From positions 143,070 to 207,069 of the forward strand of contig CAVUZH010000025.1 of the NCBI GenBank assembly GCA_963745835.1: a stretch of DNA of 64,000 bases, written 5' to 3'. A program made the translations under genes and the position numbers. The notes under the pieces are model-generated. The model was not told the DNA's origin. It saw nothing but the letters and a program-made list of their open reading frames with translations, and did no database searches. This DNA comes from an uncultured delta proteobacterium (GTDB lineage Bacteria > Desulfobacterota > Binatia > UBA9968). Positions 44,401-53,428 of the stretch are shown here, in pieces. The stretch's first letter is position 1. Each line of letters opens with the position of its first letter.

Positions 44401-47084
44401 CGTTCTCACGAGATTCCAAGATCGTCACGTGGAATCGGGCGGCAGAGAAACTTTTCGGCTGGTCGGCGGAGGAAGCGTTGGGTCAAACCGCCGGGATTTA
44501 TGTGCCCCCAGAATGTTCGGATGAATCGGCGCAAATAACAGAAACCTTGAGACGTGGCGAAGCCATTGATCAGCTGGAGACGGTACGCCGGCGTAAGGAC
44601 GGCAGCCGGGTTGACGTGTCTTTAACCATCTCACCGATCAAGGTCGATCAAGAACTCATCGGCGTGTCTGTGACTGCGCGGGATATTACCGAGCGCAAGA
44701 GAATCGAGCAACAGCGCGAGCAGCAATCGCGGCTTTTGGATCTGTCATTGGATGCGATCAGCGTCTGGAGCGTAGCTCACGGTATCGAGTACTGGAATGA
44801 AGGCGCTGAAAAGCTCTACGGCTATTCCGCCGAGGAGGCCACTGCTCGGTCGATGCAGGATCTACTAAAAACTAGCCAGTCGGTGTCCTTGCAGGAGATC
44901 GAAGATCAGATTCGCCGTGAAGGCGAATGGGAAGGGCGGATCAGCCATGTCAACAAACGCGGCGGCCAGGTGGCGGTTCTCAGCCGGCAGCAGCGGATCG
45001 CACGGCCCGATGGCGAAGTCATTCTCGAGGTCAATCGAGACATCACAATCCTTGAGGAAGCGGAGCAGGCGGTGGCTGAGGCGGCCGCTCATCTAAAAGC
45101 CATCGTTGAGACTGCGGTAGACGGAATCATCACCATTGATGAGAATGGCATCATTGCCTCCGTCAATCCAGCAGTCGAGAAGATGTTCGGTTATTCAACG
45201 CGCGAACTGATCGGGCGCAATCTCTCAATGCTCTTGGCCGAACCGTACCGGTCCGAACACAACGACTACTTGAATCACTATCGCCGGACCGGAGAACGCA
45301 AGGTGATCGGCGTTGGCCGCGAGGTGTGGGGCCGGCGCAAGGACGGCAGCGAGTTCCCGGTGGATTTAGGGGTTAGCGAGACCATGATCGGCGCGCGCCG
45401 ATTCTTCACCGGTCTGGTGCGTGACGCCACAGGCCGCAAGCAGGTGGAGCAGGCGTTAATAGATGCCAAAGAGGCGGCCGATACGGCGAGCTACGCCAAG
45501 AGTGAATTCCTCGCCAACATGAGTCATGAGATTCGCAGTCCCCTAACCGGAGTCTTGGGGTACGCTGAAATCTTATTGAACCGCCTGAAGGATCCCAACG
45601 ATCTCGATTGCGTGCGCACGATCAAGCAAAGCGGCCAGTATCTGTTGCAGATCATCAATGACATTCTAGACCTGGCCAAAATTGAGGCACAGGGTGTCGA
45701 GCTTGATCGAGAGATGATTTATTTGCCGGCTTTTTTAAGCGAAGTTTACGCGCTCATGGAAGTGAATGCGAAAGAAAAGGCATTGCCGCTGTTTTTGAAA
45801 TACGACGGGTTTATCCCGCAAAAAATCGAGAGCGATTCGAAAAGATTGCGCCAGATTCTGATCAACCTATTGAGCAACGCGATCAAGTTCACCGATCACG
45901 GCAAGGTCGAGTTTGCCGTGCGCTTTCTACGAGCCGAGTCGCAGCTGCAGTTTGAAGTTAGCGACTCGGGTATCGGAATGACCGAAGAACAGCAGCAAAA
46001 CTTATTTCGCCCGTTTACACAAGGCGATAGTTCGGTAACAAAAGTTTATGGCGGCACGGGCCTCGGATTGGCAATTACGAGGCGTTTGGTTGGCGCTCTC
46101 GGCGGTGCTATTGCGGTCGAGAGTTTATCCGGTCGCGGCAGCACCTTCCGGGTTACGATTCCAGTCCAAGTGCTCTCCAATGCCTCCTACGGCTCTTCGA
46201 TGACCCAGAAGAACGGCGGCGCGGCGCGATTGTTTGCCGAGAAGATGGCTGCGCGGGTATTGATTTGCGAAGACCAACCGGAGATCCGCCGTCTCATGGG
46301 CTGTTTTATCGAAGATGCCGGTGGTCGAGTGACCTTGACCGATAGCGGCGAGGCGGCGCTTGAGGTGGTTCAGCAAGCCGGTGATGACTTGGATGTGGTT
46401 CTTTTGGACATTCAAATGCCGCGGCTCGATGGTTATGAGGTTGCTCGCCGAATCCGGCAGTTGGGATTTCGCAAACCAGTGATTGCCGTAACTGCGGCGG
46501 CCATGCCCAGTGACCGAGAGAAGTGCTTAAAGGCCGGTTGCGATGACTACCTCCCGAAGCCTATCGAATTCGAAACACTGCTATCTATGATCGCGCGCTA
46601 CACCGCCAAGCCGGCCCCTGATCAAGCTTCGTTGAACTTAGTCGAGCGGCAACCGAGCGCAGATACTGCGTCGGCTGACGATTGTTTGACGATTTCCTCG
46701 ACGCCAAAGCACTGGCGCATTCTGGTGGTCGATGATCGTCCGGTGGCACTGAACGCGACCAGCCGTCTGCTTGAACTCGAGGGTCATACGGTCCGCAGCG
46801 CTTCGACGGGACATGCAGCGATTCGCGTTGCACGAGAGTTTGCCCCGGATCTTGTGCTGTTGGATATCAGCCTGCCGGACATCAGCGGGTATGAGGTGTT
46901 CCGCCGGCTCAAAGCGAGCGAGTCACTCGCGGGAACTATATTTGTGGCTTTGTCAGGCCATGGTTACGAAGAGCGTCTACGCGCGCGCCAAGTTGGCTTC
47001 GACGACTATCTGATGAAGCCTTTCGATATCAAAGAGGTCGACAGGCTGATTGCGGTTAACTTAGCTCAAGAGAGACGTTTGTAA
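41478..47084 (+). CDS. Large hybrid kinase: REC-PAS-GAF-multiple PAS-HisKA-HATPase-REC-REC
   Basis: About eight PAS/PAC repeats, a GAF, MSHEIRSPL, NAIKFT, YGGTGLGL, two C-terminal REC domains. Confidence 0.93.
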   Translation: MLMTEPLAHTIVNVDDDDAGRYTKSRILRRAGYRVLEASTGADGLGLVAEVKPQLLLLEVNLPDMSGLEVCRMLKANPSTSDILVLQISASRTTAEDRVFGLEGGADAYLTEPLQANELVATSRALLRLYSREQENRELLAALRRSEAQFRASFELAGVGKTQIDASTGKFIRVNKCFCELVGYTESELLGLAPSDLTHPADRRREDELVAALLRGETEDLVGEKRLVRKDGRILWVSINVKLIRDVTGAPERTISVVVDISERKRAEERARRQNERLTLLAQVSERLLTAHDSAVMIREVFETVRQHLALDTYFNYRVDSSGSALVLESRGDADPDALPASQPLDISKSLHEVPAHLRQEVIRKALKKVDDQQAKSAHARGFSAYAGHPLLLAERLIGTLCFASKRRDDFDNDEIDFMRTICHYVAMAQERLRLLAESQQQVERLEQSESRLRLAVDGAGMGIWDVDLRTDTLVWNRELYSLLGYVSDAGPVTRQMWRSRIYPEDFAGVAQAMERAKSSRSLYCLEHRIIRADNGEIRWLAPFGRFLYDDAGAAVRFLGIVFDFTDRKRAEDAFHETAERLRLAQVSAHLGIFDWNARTNDLAWTPEQEMVYGVPARGMTRYEHWQKLVHPEDLARVEAERAEAIRQRQPFTLEYRILHPSGKIHWVSSKGQGWYDAAGELTRVLGVNIDITETKRAEEQLRHQKQLLETITDNAPSMLFMTDPMGRVTFANPAARHLTGYDEQELIGQILHEKIHHSRPDGSPYPISDCRLHNVLPFDERITGHEEMFVRKDGTFFSVRCAASSIIQDGMPVGTVIEGQDITKEKIAERALRDSEERLRMLSNYVPVFVWACRADGWCYSLNDRWYEYTGFKPEQALGVGWLDALHPEDREQALSKWDQAVARGGGYEMELRCRRHDGEYRWFIAKALPVKDASGLITDWFGTSLDIHDRKSWEQSLAHLAAIVTSSQDAVISFSRDSKIVTWNRAAEKLFGWSAEEALGQTAGIYVPPECSDESAQITETLRRGEAIDQLETVRRRKDGSRVDVSLTISPIKVDQELIGVSVTARDITERKRIEQQREQQSRLLDLSLDAISVWSVAHGIEYWNEGAEKLYGYSAEEATARSMQDLLKTSQSVSLQEIEDQIRREGEWEGRISHVNKRGGQVAVLSRQQRIARPDGEVILEVNRDITILEEAEQAVAEAAAHLKAIVETAVDGIITIDENGIIASVNPAVEKMFGYSTRELIGRNLSMLLAEPYRSEHNDYLNHYRRTGERKVIGVGREVWGRRKDGSEFPVDLGVSETMIGARRFFTGLVRDATGRKQVEQALIDAKEAADTASYAKSEFLANMSHEIRSPLTGVLGYAEILLNRLKDPNDLDCVRTIKQSGQYLLQIINDILDLAKIEAQGVELDREMIYLPAFLSEVYALMEVNAKEKALPLFLKYDGFIPQKIESDSKRLRQILINLLSNAIKFTDHGKVEFAVRFLRAESQLQFEVSDSGIGMTEEQQQNLFRPFTQGDSSVTKVYGGTGLGLAITRRLVGALGGAIAVESLSGRGSTFRVTIPVQVLSNASYGSSMTQKNGGAARLFAEKMAARVLICEDQPEIRRLMGCFIEDAGGRVTLTDSGEAALEVVQQAGDDLDVVLLDIQMPRLDGYEVARRIRQLGFRKPVIAVTAAAMPSDREKCLKAGCDDYLPKPIEFETLLSMIARYTAKPAPDQASLNLVERQPSADTASADDCLTISSTPKHWRILVVDDRPVALNATSRLLELEGHTVRSASTGHAAIRVAREFAPDLVLLDISLPDISGYEVFRRLKASESLAGTIFVALSGHGYEERLRARQVGFDDYLMKPFDIKEVDRLIAVNLAQERRL

Positions 47085-47336
47085 GGGTCTGTCCACCCCA
47101 TGTTTTGTGTGATCTCGGCAGCACTCGCCCCTTCACCTACCGTTCTTGTGTTCTCCTCAACCTAGAACAAGCAGTTTAGTTCCACCCATCCTAAAACCGA
47201 GCCCTGCACGGGGAAGAAATCCGTTGCTTAGGTAAAAGTCCGGCGGTGAATCGCCAAGTCATCTTTGGGACATCTATCTAATGCCGATCATATTGTGGCA
47301 ATGAAAGAGCTGCGCCCGGTCGACCAAATGACCAAC

Positions 47337-47352
47337 CGGCATATTTTTTGCC
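47337..47352 (+). promoter_or_regulatory. Candidate sigma54 promoter
   Basis: CGGCAT-ATTTT-TTGCC, GG-N10-GC. Confidence 0.5.
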
Positions 47353-47427
47353 GCTTCTCCGTCTCATGTCCTATCTGAGGCATAGCTGCGCCGTGCGTCG
47401 ATTGCCTAATGTGCACCCGGGAGAAGC

Positions 47428-48693
47428 TTGAAAGTGCGCTCGTTTTTGCGGGTGCTTAAGCCGCTGCGGATACGTTCCGCGCAATTTTTCCACCTGCTCT
47501 TTCTCAAGTACTACGAGAATATGCTGGGCTTGCGGGCGGCAAGCTTAACGTATGCGACATTGCTGTCTCTGGTGCCGCTTCTCGCGGTGACGTTTTCTGT
47601 GCTCAAAGCTTTCGGCGTTCAGCAGTTGATCGAGCCATTCTTGACTCAAGCTCTGGCTCCTCTCGGACCGGAGCGGATTGAGATCACTCGCCGTTTGATT
47701 GGGTTCGTCGATAATACTCGGGTCGATGTTCTCGGCGCCGTTGGTGTCGCAGGGCTATTTTATTCGGTGATTTATCTCGTAAGCACGGTTGAGGAAGCAT
47801 TGAACCAGATCTGGCGAGCCCAGCCCTCTCGCACCTGGACTCGACGCTACGGTGAATACATGGGGCTGCTGTTGGTCGGCCCAGTTCTCATCTTCGCCGC
47901 TTTCGCCGTGATTGCGTCGGCCCAGAGTTACTGGCTCGTGCAACGGCTGGTGGACACGACTGTATTTGGTCTCAGGTTCGCGCTGCTAACGCGCTTTCTG
48001 CCATTCTTATTTCTTTGGACGGCATTCGCTTTTCTCTATAAGTTTATGCCCAGCACGCACGTGCCTCTGAGTTCATCGATGATCGGCGCCGCGGTGGCGG
48101 CAATTCTGTGGCAGTTGATGAGTATCGTTTTCACCGCATTCATCGTTAACTCGGTGAGCTATGCCGCGATCTATTCGGGCTTCGCGATTCTAGTGGTCTT
48201 TTTGGTGTGGCTGTACGCGGCCTGGCTGGTAATCCTGATCGGCGCCCAAGTCGGCTATCTGCATCAACACTCCTCGGTTTACCTGCCGGGCGCTGCTGCG
48301 GCGAAGCAGGGTCACCTGTTTGAAGAACAATTGGCCTTATCGTTGATGTGTGAGATTGGCCAGCGATTCATTACCGGCAAGCCTCCGGCAACGGAAAAAA
48401 ATTTAAGCCGCGCGCTCGGAGTGCCGCCCGACCAACTCGACAATTTGCTGGAGAAATACATCGGCCGCGGCTTGGTCCTCAGGTCCGCCGAGCCCGCCGG
48501 CGTCAGTTTAGCCAGACCACCCGAACAGATACCGGCAACGGAAATTCTCGACATTCTGCATGGCCCGGCTGATCCCGGCAACAATAACAGCGATCCGGTA
48601 TCAGAATTTCTGCGAAGGCGTGAGGCAATCATTCATGAAAACCTGGCAGCGGTCACTCTCAAAGATTTGGCGAACCCAGATCGCTCAGCGTAG
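47428..48693 (+). CDS. YihY/BrkB family membrane protein with C-terminal wHTH-like domain
   Basis: AASLTYATLLSLVP, EEALNQIW, YAAIYS.FA...FLVWLY, LIGAQ. Confidence 0.88.
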   Translation: MKVRSFLRVLKPLRIRSAQFFHLLFLKYYENMLGLRAASLTYATLLSLVPLLAVTFSVLKAFGVQQLIEPFLTQALAPLGPERIEITRRLIGFVDNTRVDVLGAVGVAGLFYSVIYLVSTVEEALNQIWRAQPSRTWTRRYGEYMGLLLVGPVLIFAAFAVIASAQSYWLVQRLVDTTVFGLRFALLTRFLPFLFLWTAFAFLYKFMPSTHVPLSSSMIGAAVAAILWQLMSIVFTAFIVNSVSYAAIYSGFAILVVFLVWLYAAWLVILIGAQVGYLHQHSSVYLPGAAAAKQGHLFEEQLALSLMCEIGQRFITGKPPATEKNLSRALGVPPDQLDNLLEKYIGRGLVLRSAEPAGVSLARPPEQIPATEILDILHGPADPGNNNSDPVSEFLRRREAIIHENLAAVTLKDLANPDRSA

Positions 48694-48714
48694 CTTTCTA
48701 GTCATTTAGTTGAT

Positions 48715-48730
48715 TGGCATGTCCTGTGCG
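48715..48730 (+). promoter_or_regulatory. Candidate sigma54 promoter
   Basis: TGGCAT-GTCCT-GTGCG, GG-N10-GC. Confidence 0.5.
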
Positions 48731-48775
48731 ATGTAAATGCAGGATGCAACAGAGGCTACAACCAAGGAGGCGATC

Positions 48776-48925
48776 ATGCTTTGGACTATATTCGTGGTGC
48801 TTCTCGTTTTGTGGGCGCTAGGTTTCGTCAGCGGCTACGCTATTGGCGGATTCATTCACCTGCTTTTAGTGATCGCCGTCGTGGTGTTGTTGATTCAGTT
48901 GATTCAAGGGCGAAGTTCAATCTGA
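48776..48925 (+). CDS. lmo0937-family small membrane protein
   Basis: MLWTIFVVLLVLWALG..GGFIHLLLVIA..GR; RBS AAGGAGG. Confidence 0.88.
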   Translation: MLWTIFVVLLVLWALGFVSGYAIGGFIHLLLVIAVVVLLIQLIQGRSSI

Positions 48926-49232
48926 GCAGGTCACGTGGCGTAGGAGGTACAATCTGCATTCGCAAGATGGAACCCTACGCTAACTCCTGAAAAATTTGGA
49001 CGTGGTTCCACAACCAGTCGACAATAACCGCCGTTCCTTGCTGCTACTTCCAACACCCGCCACTGTGGAATTAGTCAGAATTTTATTGACACTGATATGA
49101 GTAGGATGATATGGACCGGGGTGTAGCGTTGACGATACAAGTGAAGGCCCGAACAGTAGCGTTTGCCGGACAGCGCCGGAAATCTACGTAGCAATAGTTC
49201 TGTGATTCCAAGGCGCTTGTATTTCGGGTAGT

Positions 49233-49248
49233 TGGCATCTTCATTGCT
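49233..49248 (+). promoter_or_regulatory. sigma54 promoter
   Basis: TGGCAT-CTTCA-TTGCT about 40 nt before the ATG. Confidence 0.65.
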
Positions 49249-49286
49249 CACAAAAGCTTCAAATTTATCAGTGGAGGTTAATTTTT

Positions 49287-49850
49287 ATGAAAAGAGTTTT
49301 TCTATCTCTGGTCGGTTGGGCTCTAATCAGCTCGATCGTCGGCGTCGCAAGCGTCGCTGCCCTACCCCGGGATGGCGCCAATGAGGTGCAGGTATCGGCA
49401 GGGTTTTTTCATGCACAAGACTCTGATTCCGGCACTCTAAACATCGACTTAAGTTATGGTTATTACCTAACCCCGGGGTGGCAAATAGGCTTTCGACAGG
49501 CGCTCAACTCTCTTTTTGTGGAGGATGCTCGAGATCAATGGAGTGCCACAACCTCGCCGTTTTTCAACTATCATTTTCGTGTCAGCGATATCATCTTTCC
49601 TTATCTCGGTGGATTCATCGGTGCAGTGTGGAACGATCGCGATATCACCGGAACTCTTGGTCCTCAGCTAGGTGTCAAGTTTTTCGTTCATGACCAGACT
49701 TTCTTAAATCTCGGTTATCGCTATGAATGGTTTTGGGATAAGTTCGAGCGTATCGATGATTCATCCGACAACGGCAATCACGTATTCAACATCGGCGTTG
49801 GTTTTACGTGGGGCGGTTCCGGCGCACGAGAAGACCGTAATCACTGCTAG
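49287..49850 (+). CDS. Small outer-membrane beta-barrel protein
   Basis: Signal peptide, alternating aromatic beta-strands, ends IGVGFTW; RBS GGAGG. Confidence 0.8.
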   Translation: MKRVFLSLVGWALISSIVGVASVAALPRDGANEVQVSAGFFHAQDSDSGTLNIDLSYGYYLTPGWQIGFRQALNSLFVEDARDQWSATTSPFFNYHFRVSDIIFPYLGGFIGAVWNDRDITGTLGPQLGVKFFVHDQTFLNLGYRYEWFWDKFERIDDSSDNGNHVFNIGVGFTWGGSGAREDRNHC

Positions 49851-49891
49851 ACGTCTAAACCCCGCGTTTAAAAGATCTCAAGTGAACTCTT

Positions 49892-49927
49892 ACAAAGGCT
49901 TCTCACCTCTCGGTGCGAAGCCTTTGT
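49892..49927 (+). terminator. Strong hairpin, probable intrinsic terminator
   Basis: ACAAAGGCTTC..CACC-TCTC-GGTG..GAAGCCTTTGT downstream of the beta-barrel gene. Confidence 0.6.
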
Positions 49928-50231
49928 GCGTTGTACACGAAGAGATTCGGTAAACTTTCACAGTCAGAAGACCCGTCTCAACTTCGCTGCCCGGACCTTC
50001 TTCCTGCTAAACCTCGGCAATTTTCGATCGAAGTTTGTTCAGCTAAGTGTGCCTCAAGCCTCGAGCATGATTCAGAATTGCGCCAAACAGCAACGCATAT
50101 TTGGAACCGTCCCACAACTGGGCTGTTTGACTTTTGCTTTGTTCTACTTTCAAGACGAGCGGCAATCCGCAGCTTAGTTTTTCTCGCGTTCGCACGAAGA
50201 TTGTTCAACCTCCAAGTAGAATTGCAGTCCG

Positions 50232-50247
50232 TGGCACATCCATTGCT
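50232..50247 (+). promoter_or_regulatory. sigma54 promoter
   Basis: TGGCAC-ATCCA-TTGCT, a consensus match. Confidence 0.75.
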
Positions 50248-50290
50248 GTTTGTACCTTTTGACATCGGGTGCAAACGAAAGGAAGGTTTG

Positions 50291-50515
50291 ATGAAAAATT
50301 ATTTACTATTACTGGCGTTATTGGGGCTAACACAATCGAGTTGTGCGTTTCTTGGTGGAGCAGCGACTGGAGCGGTGGCCGCGGGCGCGGGTTATGAGAT
50401 ACAGGCGAAACGGCAGATGGATCGCTTGGATGAAGATTTCCAAAAAAGAAGAATATCGCGCGAAGAGTATGAAGATCGCAAAAAGCAAATAGAAAGAGGA
50501 TCGATCATTTACTAG
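50291..50515 (+). CDS. Small lipoprotein (Gly/Ala-rich segment, SHOCT-like tail)
   Basis: MKNYLLLLALLGLTQSSC lipobox; RBS AAGGAAGG. Confidence 0.75.
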   Translation: MKNYLLLLALLGLTQSSCAFLGGAATGAVAAGAGYEIQAKRQMDRLDEDFQKRRISREEYEDRKKQIERGSIIY

Positions 50516-50529
50516 CAGCGCTCCTGATC

Positions 50530-51219
50530 GTGAAATCGATAAAGCAATTCTATCTCGTCCCAGTAGCGATCTTCGCAACCTTGATCTCCGGTTGCGTCGT
50601 CGCGGATGGCGCAGCGCCGCGGGGCGATAGTAGGAACGATGATCGGCGTCAGCCGGCGAATACACGCCAAATAGATTCTCGGCAAGCCGAGCGGTTTTAT
50701 CGCATCATGACACCGCTGCTAAAGAATATGGACCGTCCGAAATCGCCAAAAGATGTGAGGATCGGCATTATCGATGAAGCCGACATCAATGCAGCGAATG
50801 CCGGCGGTGGGGAGTTCTACGTGACCACCGGTCTATTAGAAAAAGCCAACGATGAACAGTTGCGTGGCATTATGGCCCACGAAATCGCTCACGATGACTT
50901 AGGCCATGTCGCCAAGGCTCAGGGTCTTGGCGTCGGCTTGAACTTAGGAGTGATACTTCTCGAGCAGCTCATACCGGGCAGCAGCGCGGTGACGCCGATC
51001 GCCGGGAGTCTCATCGCCCGTGGCTACAGCCGGAACGAAGAGTATGCTGCGGATAGACATGGTGTCGAAATCTTGCGGCGAGCCGGGTATTCCAAAGATG
51101 TTTTGATCAATGCGCTAAATTGGGTTTCTCGAAGTTCGGGAGGTGGAGGTGGCGGCGGCTTTCTTTCTACCCATCCAGCCACGGAAGATCGTATCGCGCA
51201 GTTAGAAAAATTGCGTTAG
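50530..51219 (+). CDS. M48 family metallopeptidase lipoprotein
   Basis: ISGC lipobox, INAAN, AHEIAH, YSRNEEYAAD, STHP. Confidence 0.9.
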   Translation: MKSIKQFYLVPVAIFATLISGCVVADGAAPRGDSRNDDRRQPANTRQIDSRQAERFYRIMTPLLKNMDRPKSPKDVRIGIIDEADINAANAGGGEFYVTTGLLEKANDEQLRGIMAHEIAHDDLGHVAKAQGLGVGLNLGVILLEQLIPGSSAVTPIAGSLIARGYSRNEEYAADRHGVEILRRAGYSKDVLINALNWVSRSSGGGGGGGFLSTHPATEDRIAQLEKLR

Positions 51220-51233
51220 CAAAGGACGCGCGC

Positions 51234-51845
51234 GTGAAACCACAACCCGTGCTAACGACGCCTCGCGCGATTTTCACTTTAGCTGCGGTTTCGGCAGTAC
51301 CCATGATCCACTGGGGCTGTGAAGAGCTTGCCTTGCTCGGGCGACCAGCACTGGACGCACGCTCCCGCCGCGAGAATGTCGAGTTTATCGGCACGATTGA
51401 GGAGTTGGACCATAGCCGTCGCGAGCTTTACCTACGCACCCAAAAAGGGCAGAGCCAAATCGTCACGTATACAAACCGCACGCGGGTGGCCGTTGAGGGA
51501 AAGGAAATTTCCCCCAGCGAACTCGGTCGCGGCGACGTGATCGAGCTTCGGATGCATGGAACAGCCGAGGGGCGCGCTGTGGCGGACGCGATTCACCTGC
51601 GTGAACGCGGAGACGGCGACTCCATCGTTGAAGGGACCATTCAGCGGGTGCTCAGTGATCGCCGGATTATTGAGCTGCGTACTTCCTCGGGCGCTTTAAC
51701 CAGCGTGTATCTGCCGCAGAATTCTCCTGAGATAATCGAGGATGAGTTTCGACAGCTGCGCTCCGGCGATGCTGTTCGCTTTCAAGGCATCTTCTTAGGC
51801 GAGAATCGATTCGAATTAACGCGAATTCTCAAACAGTCCGAGTGA
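51234..51845 (+). CDS. Putative lipoprotein with two OB-fold-like (DUF5666-like) repeats
   Basis: WGC lipobox-like; two GTI..LxxGDxV repeats. Confidence 0.6.
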   Translation: MKPQPVLTTPRAIFTLAAVSAVPMIHWGCEELALLGRPALDARSRRENVEFIGTIEELDHSRRELYLRTQKGQSQIVTYTNRTRVAVEGKEISPSELGRGDVIELRMHGTAEGRAVADAIHLRERGDGDSIVEGTIQRVLSDRRIIELRTSSGALTSVYLPQNSPEIIEDEFRQLRSGDAVRFQGIFLGENRFELTRILKQSE

Positions 51846-51861
51846 CGAAGGAGAATCATCG

Positions 51862-51999
51862 ATGCAGTTCTACATTTCCTTGCAGCCGCTGATCGCCTTG
51901 ATTGCCGGAATCCTTATTTTGCTGGTGCCCAGATTGCTGAATTATGTCGTGGCTATTTACTTGATCGTCACCGGGATTCTTGGGCTCACGAGAATGTAG
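51862..51999 (+). CDS. DUF3096 small membrane protein (not in ORF track)
   Basis: MQFYISLQPLIALIAGILILLVPRLLNYVVAIYLIVTGILGLTRM; RBS AAGGAG. Confidence 0.88.
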   Translation: MQFYISLQPLIALIAGILILLVPRLLNYVVAIYLIVTGILGLTRM

Positions 52000-52095
52000 A
52001 AGGGGAATTGGTAAAAGCGCCCGACAAGTTCAACACGAGAACGGTTGAATATTGTGTTTTCTAGACCCGCGTAACACGCGGAGGAGGATAAAGCC

Positions 52096-52260
52096 ATGCT
52101 CAGTTGGGCAATCACTTTTCTGATTATCGGATTGATCGCAGGGGTTCTGGGACTCACCGGGATTGCGGGAGCGGCGACACAAATTGCCTGGATCCTGTTT
52201 GTAGTGTTCCTGGTTTTGTTTGTCGTCAGTTTGGTAATGGGTCGCCGCTCAGGGGTTTGA
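52096..52260 (+). CDS. DUF1328 (YtjA-like) small membrane protein (not in ORF track)
   Basis: [54 protein letters not shown]; RBS GGAGG. Confidence 0.9.
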   Translation: MLSWAITFLIIGLIAGVLGLTGIAGAATQIAWILFVVFLVLFVVSLVMGRRSGV

Positions 52261-52338
52261 GGCGGTCATACATTAAAGTCGCGAATAGCAATATGTTTGC
52301 GCAGCATCCGGAGCTTTGACTGCTGAGGTGAGTTTATC

Positions 52339-52744
52339 GTGAAATCTTTTCGCATCCTCGTTGTCGAGGACAATCAGAATCTTCTCGAACTGATCGTGAA
52401 GTACTTGGAGCTATGCGGTTGGCGCGCATTGGCAGCAAACAACCAGGAGGATTTTTCGCTACAGCTCGAGCGGCAAAGGCCCCATTTGATATTGCTCGAC
52501 GTAACGATTCCAGGCATTGGAGCTTCTTCGTTGCTTAACGAGCTCAAGAGCGGTTCGCGGTTCACCGATATTCCGGTGATAGCCATGGCGGCGATGGGCT
52601 CAATTCGGGAGAAAAATCTCTGGATCGCTGCCGGATGTGACAGAGTTCTCAGCAAGCCGTTTCATTTGGACGAGCTGCGCCGGCTGATCGAGTGTTTTGC
52701 TACTATACAAAAAAACGAACGAGAAACAGGAGGAATCACAATGA
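52339..52744 (+). CDS. Single-domain response regulator (reads through into the BON gene as assembled)
   Basis: ILVVEDN, LLDV, SKPF; deleting one A from the A7 run near 52710 gives a TGA overlapping the next ATG. Confidence 0.7.
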
Positions 52745-53052
52745 AGAAACCGACTAGACATATTGCCGCAGTGGCGCTCTTAGCTGTCGCCCTTTCCGGG
52801 TGCCAAGCGATGACTGGCCGAACGACCGGGCGGAACGTTGATGACGCGGCTATCACGACTTCCGTACAGGCCACCTTAACGTCGGACAAAGCCTCGAATT
52901 TTACCCGTATCGATGTGGATACGACAAATGGCGTGGTTTACCTGAACGGCACGGTACAGAGCGCCGAACAGAAGGCGCGAGCCGAACAATTGGCGGGTCG
53001 GATAGACGGCGTTAAGAAGGTGGTAAATAACCTTCAGGTGGGCAAATCTTAG
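52741..53052 (+). CDS. BON-domain lipoprotein (OsmY-like)
   Basis: RBS AGGAGG, ALSGC lipobox, DDAAITT.V..IDVDT.NGVVYL.G..V.NNL. Confidence 0.88.
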   Translation: MKKPTRHIAAVALLAVALSGCQAMTGRTTGRNVDDAAITTSVQATLTSDKASNFTRIDVDTTNGVVYLNGTVQSAEQKARAEQLAGRIDGVKKVVNNLQVGKS

Positions 53053-53125
53053 ATCCCTCTCCGAAGAACTGGATCCTACGTTTTTATCTCCGGTTGGGGC
53101 GGCTTGCTGATTTTGGGGATCAACG

Positions 53126-53428
53126 ATGAACAACGACCTTGATTTGAGACGGCAGGCAGTCCGCCCGATCCAACTCGTAGTCCATCGCAGGTCGGCAAAG
53201 CGACCGCCCGCGCCCAGACGGGAACCTCCCGACCGGCGAAGGAAGCCACCGGTCGATGAGCCACCTTCACGTGAACCGGAGATATCAGATCCGCGAGACC
53301 CACCTCCCGCCGGCGATCCACCGCCCAAGCAACCCCCTAAGAAGCTCAGCGCAACGGCTCTGCTTGTTCCTCCCGTCATCTGGACGCGTTCTTTCACCAG
53401 GTGGAGGAATAACCGGGCTGTGCCATGA
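53126..53428 (+). CDS. Proline-rich hypothetical protein
   Basis: PPVDEPPSREPEISDPRDPPPAGDPPPKQPP; stop overlaps the next ATG. Confidence 0.4.
   Translation: MNNDLDLRRQAVRPIQLVVHRRSAKRPPAPRREPPDRRRKPPVDEPPSREPEISDPRDPPPAGDPPPKQPPKKLSATALLVPPVIWTRSFTRWRNNRAVP

Noticed and set aside
52019-52047. REP-like CGACAAG(C/T)TC words here and near 2105 and 59595
   Set aside because: Too short and degenerate to call a repeat family by eye.
52339-53052. Apparent REC-BON fusion protein (237 aa)
   Set aside because: The BON part has its own AGGAGG RBS and lipoprotein signal. Removing one A from the A7 run near 52710 ends the REC gene at a TGA overlapping the BON ATG. Probably a homopolymer error.
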